Source: Flavobacteriales bacterium
Lineage (GTDB): Bacteria > Bacteroidota > Bacteroidia > Flavobacteriales_D > Crocinitomicaceae
Length of the DNA stretch: 62,353 nucleotides
NCBI GenBank assembly: GCA_046081565.1
Contig: JBJTWF010000148.1
Location: 1 to 62,353 of the forward strand
Direction: 5' to 3'
The translations under genes were made by a program, and so were the position numbers. Under the pieces are notes generated by a model that saw only the letters and a program-made list of their open reading frames with translations, ran no database searches and was not told the DNA's origin. Below, piece by piece: positions 45,610 through 53,612 of this stretch (the first letter of the stretch is position 1; every line of letters begins with the position of its first letter).

Positions 45610-46038
45610 TTACGCATGTTTCACGTGAAACAATTTTGATAAATAATAATCTTCCTTCGCTCTCATTGTCATTTTATCGCTCTCCTTTTTATCCTTATAC
45701 CCTAAAAGATGTAGTACGCCATGAAAACAAACACGGGTGTATTCTTCTAAGACAGTAACCTGATATGTCTCCGCATTTTCTTTAATTCTATCGTATGAAA
45801 TATATAATTCTCCGTTAGTTTTAGAGGGCGTATTAAAGTCAAACGTTATGATATCGGTGTAGTAATCGTGTTGTAAATGCTTGTGGTTTAATTCTTTTAG
45901 TTCTTCGTCCGAACAAATTACAATAGAAATTTCACCGCATACGGCATTTTCCTCTTGAATCAGCTTTGGAATCAATGGTTTAATGGTATGAAAAGGAAGG
46001 GATGTTAATTTATCGCTAAGAAACCCTATGGATATCAT
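45610..46038 (-). CDS. ybeY: rRNA maturation endoribonuclease YbeY
   Basis: Zinc-binding motif HGVLHLLGYKD. 142 aa. Confidence 0.93.
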   Translation of the reverse strand: MISIGFLSDKLTSLPFHTIKPLIPKLIQEENAVCGEISIVICSDEELKELNHKHLQHDYYTDIITFDFNTPSKTNGELYISYDRIKENAETYQVTVLEEYTRVCFHGVLHLLGYKDKKESDKMTMRAKEDYYLSKLFHVKHA

Positions 46039-46448
46039 TTTCTAAAAAAGATGTTTACCCGTGTACCGTTTTCTTCAAAGGTTAAGTCGTCTGAAAGGTT
46101 TTTCATAAGGAAAATCCCTCTACCGTTCTCTTTCAAAATATTCTCGGGCTCTGTTGGATCTGGGACGACCTCTGGATCGAAACCGATTCCTTGATCTTTT
46201 ATGGAAAAACAAACCCACTCTTCGTTCTTTCTTACGGACACTGTAATTTGTAATTCCGCTTTCATTTGGTTTCCGTGGATTATAGCATTGTTTACGCCTT
46301 CGGTAACCGCGATCAGGACATTACCAAACAAATCTTCATTTAGCGCTAGGTTGGAACATGCTGCATCAATGAGGCGTTCTACGTCTGCTATTGAGGCTGG
46401 TGTTGAGGGTAATTGAACTTCTGTAATAACGGTTAACTGCCTATCCAT
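46035..46448 (-). CDS. RsbW/SpoIIAB-like anti-sigma-factor serine kinase (stand-alone HATPase_c domain)
   Basis: N box EGVNNAIIHG, G1 box DQGIGFDP, G2 box NGRGIFLMKNL. 137 aa. ATGA overlap with ybeY. Confidence 0.8.
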   Translation of the reverse strand: MDRQLTVITEVQLPSTPASIADVERLIDAACSNLALNEDLFGNVLIAVTEGVNNAIIHGNQMKAELQITVSVRKNEEWVCFSIKDQGIGFDPEVVPDPTEPENILKENGRGIFLMKNLSDDLTFEENGTRVNIFFRK

Positions 46449-46457
46449 TGGTTAAAA

Positions 46458-49400
46458 TTAATCAACAATATTGAAATACGTGGCGGCCTTTTGTTTGTAA
46501 TACGTACTAAACGAAGGGTCTACCACCCGTAACATTTCAATCTGTTTCTGTTTGATTTTCGTATACTCTTTTAATTCAATAAGGTTACTTTTTGGTTTAT
46601 CTACCCCAGATTTTGACTGCCTTTGGTCCTCAAAACCTCGTTCCATTAAGGCTTTTTCGCTTTCAAGAAGTCGGGTTAAAATCTCTTGTTGTCGCTCGAC
46701 CATTTCGTTGGTAAAATTCTTATTGATGATTTCTTTTTCTTGTTTTTTTAGTTCATCCAACAAGGGGTTTAGCTGATTTCCTTTTCCTTGTCCATCTTTA
46801 TTTAATTCATTTTTCAATTGCTCTAGGCGTTGCCTAATGGCTGATTGTTGCGCGGCCATTTTGGCTATTTCCTGATTGCTTAACCCTAAGCCTTCTTTTC
46901 CTTGTCCACCCGGTTTAGTCCCTTTCCCCGGTTTTTCTCCTGGTTTACTTCCGCCGGGGTTTGAACCTTTTTTCATTTGCTCGAGCTGTTTTTTAAGCAT
47001 TTCTTTCATGTCTCCAGAAGACATGTTTTTTCCAGACTTGGGTTTTCCTTTGCCTGGTTTGCTACAGCTTCCTGATCCCTCCATTTGCATTTGCATTTGA
47101 GACTGCATTTGTTGAAGGGCTTCGTTTAGGAGAAGAGCAAGGTTATTAAATGAAGTCATCGTGGATTGTTGGTTTTTAACAACCCCTGCTTTGTCGTTTG
47201 AGGCAATGGATTCCAAGGCTTGTTGTTCTGAAAATCGAATGTCATTTAACTCCTTGTCAATGAATGTAGCAATATTAGGTTGCCGTTTAGCTAACGCTAA
47301 AAGGCTGTCGCGAACCATAACGGTTTTACTGTTTATTTTTACTTGTTCTCTCCCAACCCCTTTAAATTTTGGATCGTTGGTATTCAAACGGTTCACTTGT
47401 GTCAATAGCTTCTCCTCTTCAAAACTCAGGTACATCAATTTTTCTAAAATTTCTCGAACCATATCCATGTCTTCTTCCTGCTGCTGTTTATTGGAGGATT
47501 CCTGTTTACTATTTAGCATATCCGAGAGTTGATCCATTTGGTCAGAGGCCTTTTGCTGGTTTTCTTTGGATTTATTCTTTTTACCTTCTTTAATGTTTTC
47601 CTCTGCTTCGGATAACTCTTTTTGGATTGACTCTTCTAACGCTTCCGTTCCTTCCAAATCCATTGGGTTCTCTAACTTCTCATTATCCTTTTTAATTTCC
47701 TCTAATTTCTCTTGAATGTTTTTAAAACGATCCTCAATGGCCTGTTGTTCTTTTAACGCTTCTTCTTTGGAAAGAAGGTCTTTATCTATTTTTTCTTTTA
47801 ATAACTCCTGGTTCGCTGCATTCTCTTTTAATTCTTTTTCAAGGTCATCTATCCGTTCATTTAATTGCAATTTTTTCAGCATTTCTAAGGTACGATCTAA
47901 CTGTTTTTGCATCTGTTCCGCTGCATTATCCAGTTGGTTCATTTCTTTTTGTAGGGCTTTATTCTCCTGTTGATTGAATAATTTCTCTATTTCTTCTAAT
48001 AGTTTTTTCAACTCTTCGTCCATTACGTTTTCAAGTAATTTTTCGATCAACTCTTGTTTTTCCAATAACGCCTTATCCATGGGAGATAATTGGTCTTTTT
48101 CTTTGGTCTGATTATCCAGTTTTTCTTTGATTTGATTAAGTTCTTTTTCCAAAGAATTACGCTCTTCTTGCAATTGATTTATCTGTTCTTTTTTTAACCA
48201 ATCGCTTGATTTACTGTTATTTATGTCTTTTTTTAACTTTTCGATGTTCTTTTCAAATTGTTGCGTTCGATTCAATATGTTTTCTAATTCATCGCGCGTT
48301 TCTTTTTGTTGTTCCGTTCGGTTTTCATTTAATTGTTCGAGGTTGGGAAGAATAAATTCCCCGGTGTAGCTTTTTGTTGATTTACTTCCGTTTACCCCAT
48401 CGTTATCGCTTACCATAAAATGGTACTCTATTTTATCCTCTAATTCAACGTTTTCCTTTAAGAAATCAACCGCATACTCAAATTTACTTTTGGTTCCCTT
48501 TTGGAAACTAACCGGTAAGTTTTTGGTTTTAATGACCGCTCCTTTTCGGATAAGTTTATAACTAAAAACCAGGTTTTGAATTCCATAATCATCGCTTATT
48601 TCTCCTGAAAAATAACGGATGCTTTCTTTAAGGGAATCGCTGGTTTCGTTCACTACGATGGTTGGAAAAGCATCTTTTACCACCGTAACATGATGAAATG
48701 TCGAATCTTTTTTCTTAGAATATTTATTAGTAATCAAGACCTTGACTTTGGTATCGAGTAAGGCTTTTTGTGAAAACTTATACGCCTCTCCGTTGAACTG
48801 AAAGCGATTATTTCCACTGTAAACGTTGATTTTATCCGTATTCTTGGTTTGACCAAACCATTCAATGACGGTTCCTTCAGGTACGGTTAAATCGCCAATA
48901 TTAACTAAATGCTCCGTGGGTTTACCCAAATAAGCAGGGTATTTTACGGTAACATTCACTTTACCAAAAACATTTTTACCCGTAATGGTATAAGCGTACG
49001 ATGAGCTTTTTTCATCATTTGCCGTAAAGTAAAACGTTCCTGGAGTTTTTATTTTTTTAAGGGTAGTTTGGTATTCGTTTTTAGTGATTCTCTTCATTAA
49101 AAATTTACCTCGGTCTGAAACGATGTAAACCTTTTCTGGCAGCCTTTTTCCTTTTAATTTAACCCGTATTAAAATATCGCTATCCTCTTCATATGCTTCA
49201 TTACCTTTTAGTAGTTCAAAGGTGAAAGGGACCATCTTTTTATCGTAATCCAAAATGAGTTGGGCTCCTTGAGTAAGAATTCCAGGAATAAAAATTAAAA
49301 CAAAAAAGAGGGTTAGTAAGGCTGGAAGAACATATTTGATGTACTTTGTATTAACCCTGAAATCAACCGCATTAGAAAACCGGAACAAACGCAGTTGTTT

Positions 49401-49826
49401 CGTCTTTTGGGCAACAGAAGCGGTTAATAATTCTATGTTTTCTGGAACGCTTTGAGAGGCTTCCATTAATTGCAGGGTATTGGTAAGACGGTCTGCAATC
49501 TCTGGGAAGAATCTTCCAATTAACTCGCTGGCTTGAATCCTTGATAACGTTGGTAAGATTCCAACGCTTTTCAGTATAGGAATAAAAACCCATCCTATAA
49601 TTGACAATCCATTGATCAAGGTAAAAAGCACTAGAAACGAGAATTTTATCCACGCATTTAATGCAAAGAAAAAGGCTAACGTGGTAAAGAGAAGGTATGA
49701 GGAGAGTAAAACTGAGGTAAACAAGAGCATACCACGAATGGCTTTATTCCAATAAAATTTATGGGTAAAAGCGTCAATCTCTTTATGTAATCTTTTTATT
49801 TCTTCTTGTTCAACCACAGGCAACAA
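46458..49826 (-). CDS. Giant membrane-anchored coiled-coil protein (I recall similar Bacteroidota proteins annotated as DUF4175). Function unknown.
   Basis: N-terminal cluster of 3-4 TM helices, a ~300-aa beta-rich region, a ~400-aa E/K/Q/L-rich coiled coil, and a G/K/P-rich patch (GSGSCSKPGKGKPKSGK...PGGSKPGEKPGKGTKPGGQGKEG). The start is uncertain: TTG at 49826 or GTG two codons later, with no in-frame ATG before residue 33. Confidence 0.7.
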   Translation of the reverse strand: MLPVVEQEEIKRLHKEIDAFTHKFYWNKAIRGMLLFTSVLLSSYLLFTTLAFFFALNAWIKFSFLVLFTLINGLSIIGWVFIPILKSVGILPTLSRIQASELIGRFFPEIADRLTNTLQLMEASQSVPENIELLTASVAQKTKQLRLFRFSNAVDFRVNTKYIKYVLPALLTLFFVLIFIPGILTQGAQLILDYDKKMVPFTFELLKGNEAYEEDSDILIRVKLKGKRLPEKVYIVSDRGKFLMKRITKNEYQTTLKKIKTPGTFYFTANDEKSSSYAYTITGKNVFGKVNVTVKYPAYLGKPTEHLVNIGDLTVPEGTVIEWFGQTKNTDKINVYSGNNRFQFNGEAYKFSQKALLDTKVKVLITNKYSKKKDSTFHHVTVVKDAFPTIVVNETSDSLKESIRYFSGEISDDYGIQNLVFSYKLIRKGAVIKTKNLPVSFQKGTKSKFEYAVDFLKENVELEDKIEYHFMVSDNDGVNGSKSTKSYTGEFILPNLEQLNENRTEQQKETRDELENILNRTQQFEKNIEKLKKDINNSKSSDWLKKEQINQLQEERNSLEKELNQIKEKLDNQTKEKDQLSPMDKALLEKQELIEKLLENVMDEELKKLLEEIEKLFNQQENKALQKEMNQLDNAAEQMQKQLDRTLEMLKKLQLNERIDDLEKELKENAANQELLKEKIDKDLLSKEEALKEQQAIEDRFKNIQEKLEEIKKDNEKLENPMDLEGTEALEESIQKELSEAEENIKEGKKNKSKENQQKASDQMDQLSDMLNSKQESSNKQQQEEDMDMVREILEKLMYLSFEEEKLLTQVNRLNTNDPKFKGVGREQVKINSKTVMVRDSLLALAKRQPNIATFIDKELNDIRFSEQQALESIASNDKAGVVKNQQSTMTSFNNLALLLNEALQQMQSQMQMQMEGSGSCSKPGKGKPKSGKNMSSGDMKEMLKKQLEQMKKGSNPGGSKPGEKPGKGTKPGGQGKEGLGLSNQEIAKMAAQQSAIRQRLEQLKNELNKDGQGKGNQLNPLLDELKKQEKEIINKNFTNEMVERQQEILTRLLESEKALMERGFEDQRQSKSGVDKPKSNLIELKEYTKIKQKQIEMLRVVDPSFSTYYKQKAATYFNIVD

Positions 49827-49860
49827 GTTTAACTAAATTAAGCGTCCGTTTTTGGCGAAG

Positions 49861-49883
49861 TTGTTAACAACCTATAATAGGTT
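49861..49883. promoter_or_regulatory. Two abutting palindromes (TTGTTAACAA and AACCTAT-A-ATAGGTT) 35-57 nt upstream of the giant-protein start
   Basis: Read directly. The 12-mer TTGTTAACAACC recurs with one mismatch (TTGTTAATAACC) at 49938..49949, inside an imperfect hairpin at 49926..49951. Confidence 0.3.
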
Positions 49884-50266
49884 TTTATAAATTAATTTTT
49901 TTTAAAATATTTTATAATTTTTATTAAGGTTGTTGATTTGTTAATAACCTTAAAATCACATTATTTATCTTTATTTACGAACCTTTTTTCCTTGGTTTGT
50001 AAACAAAATATTTTCTTAAAAAACCTTTCCCGTTCTATGAATAGAAGTCTTTTCAACAAAAATAAAATTACTTACCCTTTCTTGCAAATTAAAACCTCAC
50101 CTTGTGTATAACACGCTGATAAAAAAGAGAGAAGAAAAAATAAAAAACAAGGCTTATTCTTTTTTATTCTGCTATATGTACTTTTTTATGTTTTTCAGTC
50201 CCTTAAGTTTTTCTTATTTATCAAGGATAATTCACCAACATATGAACAGGTAATTCACCACTTTTC

Positions 50267-51898
50267 TTATTCCTCTTCATTCATGAGGGTATTAGAACCG
50301 TATTCTCCTAACAAGGCATAGTAACCAAAGAGGATAAAACTTCCCGAAACTAAAGGGCTTAATACAAAGGCATATATAATCGCGGGTATCCTATCTGCGG
50401 CGATACCGCTATTAAATTTAGGTATGGCTTGAGAGCCGATTAAATATATCCCTGCTAAAAGGCCGAAGAGGATCCAAACAACACCCAGGTAACGTTGTAG
50501 TTTTGTTAGCCATTTAGAAGGTTTTGTTTGTAAATAGAGTAAGCCAATGATAAAACTAATGCTCGCTATTCCAATGGGGTACCAAAGGCCTTCTAAATAC
50601 GGTTTTTCATAGGCTAACGCTTGTCCTAACACGCGTGCTTTTTCATTAGCAACCGAAGCGCTGGTGGTTAGGTATAAGGCAATGGCTGGAAGTAATCCGC
50701 CAAAAATCCCGTTGCCAACATGGTAGGGAAGAGACATGGAGGTGTAGCGAATGGACGTTGGAAAGAGTTCTACTAAAAACGCGGCAATGGGTCCATAAAC
50801 CATTGTAACAAAAAACACTTGAATGAAGATAAAAAACACCATTTTCCAGAATCCGTGTTTTGATAGTACTAGAAAATCATTTTGATACAGAACATCAGTC
50901 GAGGCTATTTCAACCATAGCATCGTACAAAGGCCTGTATCCAATTACCGCCAATAACATACCGGTTATCATGATTCCTTTTCGGCCGATTTTATCGGAAA
51001 GCCATCCAAAAAATATGAAAAAAGGGGTAGCTAAAAGTAAGGCCCACATCATGATTTCACTGGATTGCCCGACCTCAATTTTTAAGGTATTCTGAATAAA
51101 ATTTAAGGCATAAAATTGGCCAGTATACCAAACTACTCCTTGTCCCATGGTTGCCCCAAGTAACGCCAACAACACTAATTTAAAATGACTTCGTTTGGTA
51201 AAACTATCACGCAAAGGATTTTTAGACAACTTGCCTTCTTTCTTAGCCTCTAAAAACAAGGGAGATTCACTCATTCGCAGGCGGATAATTAACGAAATAG
51301 CGACCATAACGATTGATATCCAAAACGGAATACGCCACCCCCAACGCAAAAAAGCTTCTGGAGTGAGGTAGGATTTAACTCCAAGGATTACCACCAGGGA
51401 CAGCATTAACCCAATCGTTGCTGTGGTTTGAATCCACGACGTCCAAAAACCCCTAGATCCCACGGGAGCGTGTTCTGCAACATACGTTGCGGCACCACCA
51501 TATTCACCCCCTAAAGCAAGGCCTTGCAATAACCTGAGAAGTAAAACCAAAATAGGAGCTGCATAACCAATGGTTTGATAATTGGGAATACAGCCAATCA
51601 AAAAGGTCGACAGTCCCATTAAAACAAGGGTAACTAAAAACGTGTATTTTCGTCCAACCACATCTCCGATTCGACCGAAAAAAAGTGCACCAAAAGGTCG
51701 AACAACAAAACCCGCAGCAAACGTCGCTAGGGTTGAGAGTAACGCCAACGTCGGATTTTCACTGGGAAAAAACTGCATAGAAATTACGGTTGCTAAGCTT
51801 CCGAAAATATAGAAATCATACCATTCAATTAAGGTTCCAACCGACGATGCGGTTAATATGGAAAAAAGGCCTGTCTTTTTATCTTCTACTTGGTTCAT
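50267..51898 (-). CDS. MFS transporter, metabolite:H+ symporter (MHS) family, with a C-terminal hydrophobic extension
   Basis: MHS hallmark GTLIEWYDFYIFGSLA and GRIGDVVGRK. 543 aa, with extra predicted helices after about residue 440. Confidence 0.85.
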   Translation of the reverse strand: MNQVEDKKTGLFSILTASSVGTLIEWYDFYIFGSLATVISMQFFPSENPTLALLSTLATFAAGFVVRPFGALFFGRIGDVVGRKYTFLVTLVLMGLSTFLIGCIPNYQTIGYAAPILVLLLRLLQGLALGGEYGGAATYVAEHAPVGSRGFWTSWIQTTATIGLMLSLVVILGVKSYLTPEAFLRWGWRIPFWISIVMVAISLIIRLRMSESPLFLEAKKEGKLSKNPLRDSFTKRSHFKLVLLALLGATMGQGVVWYTGQFYALNFIQNTLKIEVGQSSEIMMWALLLATPFFIFFGWLSDKIGRKGIMITGMLLAVIGYRPLYDAMVEIASTDVLYQNDFLVLSKHGFWKMVFFIFIQVFFVTMVYGPIAAFLVELFPTSIRYTSMSLPYHVGNGIFGGLLPAIALYLTTSASVANEKARVLGQALAYEKPYLEGLWYPIGIASISFIIGLLYLQTKPSKWLTKLQRYLGVVWILFGLLAGIYLIGSQAIPKFNSGIAADRIPAIIYAFVLSPLVSGSFILFGYYALLGEYGSNTLMNEEE

Positions 51899-52018
51899 GG
51901 TGTAATTTGGGTAATCGTGTCCACTTAAAGGTAAGCACTTTTGAACGATCTTCGCTTTATATGCTGTTTCTTAAAAAAGAAATAGAAAAGAAAATGCGTG
52001 GTATTTCTTTTTGCTATA

Positions 52019-52026
52019 TACCTTTG
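52019..52026 (+). promoter_or_regulatory. Candidate Bacteroidota -7 promoter element (TACCTTTG, matching TAnnTTTG) upstream of rpiB
   Basis: Exact match to the TAnnTTTG consensus, ending 41 nt before the rpiB ATG. No convincing -33 element was seen. Confidence 0.3.
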
Positions 52027-52066
52027 TTATGTATATGGTTTTATTATCCTTAATCTTCTTCATTCC

Positions 52067-52495
52067 ATGAACATCGCTATTGGTTCTGATCATGCCGGTT
52101 ATATACTTAAACAAAAATTAATTCATCACCTTGAATCCTTAGGTCACCACATCCTTGATTTAGGTTGTCACAGCGAGGATAGCATTGATTATCCGGATTA
52201 CGCACATCCAGTAGCGTTAGCGGTAGAACAGAAACAAGTTGACCAAGGGATTTTACTTTGTGGTTCTGGCAATGGAATAAGCATGACGGCCAATAAACAT
52301 CAAGGAATACGTTGCGCCTTGTGTTGGAACCCAGAAATTGCGACCTTAGCCCGTCTTCACAACGATGCCAATGTGGTGTCCTTACCGGCGCGATTTATTT
52401 CAGATGAAACGGCAATTGCGATTATTGAAGCATTCCTTACCACAGCATTCGAAGGAGGTAGACACGCGAATAGAGTAGCAAAAATTAGCTGTTAG
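52067..52495 (+). CDS. rpiB: Ribose-5-phosphate isomerase B
   Basis: IAIGSDHAGY and LLCGSGNGISMTANKH motifs. The ATG at 52067 is preferred over the hydrophobic upstream extension from 51998. Confidence 0.93.
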   Translation: MNIAIGSDHAGYILKQKLIHHLESLGHHILDLGCHSEDSIDYPDYAHPVALAVEQKQVDQGILLCGSGNGISMTANKHQGIRCALCWNPEIATLARLHNDANVVSLPARFISDETAIAIIEAFLTTAFEGGRHANRVAKISC

Positions 52496-53610
52496 TCGTG
52501 TAATCGAAACAGCATTGCGCTTATTCTGTCGGCTTCAATAAATGCGTCTTTGGGTAAGCTATATCCCTTTTCGTTGAGCATCATCTTATTTGATTGTATC
52601 AAGGAATTAATGGTTTTTGTTTCTCCGGTGGTTAATCCCCCTAAAGCGTTCAGTTCCTGAAACGAAACCCCATATTGGGTTCGTAATCCTGTTAGCCAAC
52701 GCTCGTTCCATTGGTCAATAGCATCTAAGGTTTCCAATTCATACCACGATGTTTGTTTTAAATATCGGGCATTGTTGCTGACATTCCACCTTCGTTCATT
52801 TAAACCGTCAAACGAGTGAGCTCCGGGACCGACCCCTAAATAGGGTTTTCGTTTCCAATAATTACTGTTATGTTTTGCGTAGGCTTTGTTTCGTGCATAG
52901 TTAGATACTTCGTATTGTTCAAAACCCAAGGTGAGCAATTGCTCACGAAGGTACTCGTATTGTACAATCTGTTCTTCGTCGTCCACGGGTTTGTGTTTCC
53001 CTGTTTTAATCCAATGGTCTAATAGGGTTTTTGGTTCTTTGGTTAAGGCATAAGCCGATACATGATCAATTCTATTCGCCTTAACCAAAGCGATAAGAGG
53101 TTCAAGATCGCTTACGTTCTGGTTGGGAATACCAAAAATCACATCCATCGAAAGGGAAAATGGGTAATGCGACAATCGTTCTAACCCCGTAAATATATCG
53201 TTTGCGTTATGGTTTCGGTTCATCCATTGGAGCAAACGGTCTTGTACGCTTTGTACCCCTAGACTCAAGCGGTTTATTCCTAAACGGTTCCATGCATTCA
53301 GGTTTTGTTTGGTTAAATCTTCTGGGTTTGCCTCAAGCGTAATTTCTACTGTTTTTACGAGGCTTGTATGGGCATGAATTTTAGTCAAAAATGCTTCTAT
53401 TTCAAAAGGAGTCAACAAACCGGGGGAACCACCACCAAAGTAAATGGTTTCAATGGGTTTTTTCCATGTTTGCAGGCGACATACTAGCTCTTCTAGCATT
53501 TGTTCCACCATCGCGGTACGATATCCTTCAAAGGTAGTAGAGAAGTGGAAATCACAATAGGCACATTTTTTCCTGCAAAACGGGATATGGATATAAATCC
53601 CGGACATCAA
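52492..53610 (-). CDS. hemW: Radical SAM heme chaperone HemW (HemN-like, oxygen-independent coproporphyrinogen oxidase family)
   Basis: IHIPFCRKKCAYCDF (CxxxCxxC) near the N-terminus. 372 aa, which is HemW-sized rather than HemN-sized. Confidence 0.88.
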   Translation of the reverse strand: MMSGIYIHIPFCRKKCAYCDFHFSTTFEGYRTAMVEQMLEELVCRLQTWKKPIETIYFGGGSPGLLTPFEIEAFLTKIHAHTSLVKTVEITLEANPEDLTKQNLNAWNRLGINRLSLGVQSVQDRLLQWMNRNHNANDIFTGLERLSHYPFSLSMDVIFGIPNQNVSDLEPLIALVKANRIDHVSAYALTKEPKTLLDHWIKTGKHKPVDDEEQIVQYEYLREQLLTLGFEQYEVSNYARNKAYAKHNSNYWKRKPYLGVGPGAHSFDGLNERRWNVSNNARYLKQTSWYELETLDAIDQWNERWLTGLRTQYGVSFQELNALGGLTTGETKTINSLIQSNKMMLNEKGYSLPKDAFIEADRISAMLFRLHD

Positions 53611-53612
53611 TA

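Noticed and set aside
47161-47973. Plus-strand ORFs (47161..47532, 47369..47593, 47716..47973) and many similar antisense or nested ORFs elsewhere in the track (for example 2680..3018, 8532..8897, 10335..10742, 33367..33771).
   Set aside because: They lie entirely inside longer ORFs that carry clear family motifs or coherent domain architecture. Their translations are low-complexity (Ser/Phe/Cys-rich) mirror images of a coiled-coil or other coding strand. They are treated as non-coding shadows.
49861-50260. Repeats in the 440-bp intergenic region, considered as a CRISPR array or a mobile-element terminus.
   Set aside because: Only two copies of each short (10-12 nt) motif are present. There is no regular repeat-spacer periodicity, no cas genes, no transposase or integrase, and no target-site duplication. 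It is kept only as a regulatory or sRNA candidate.
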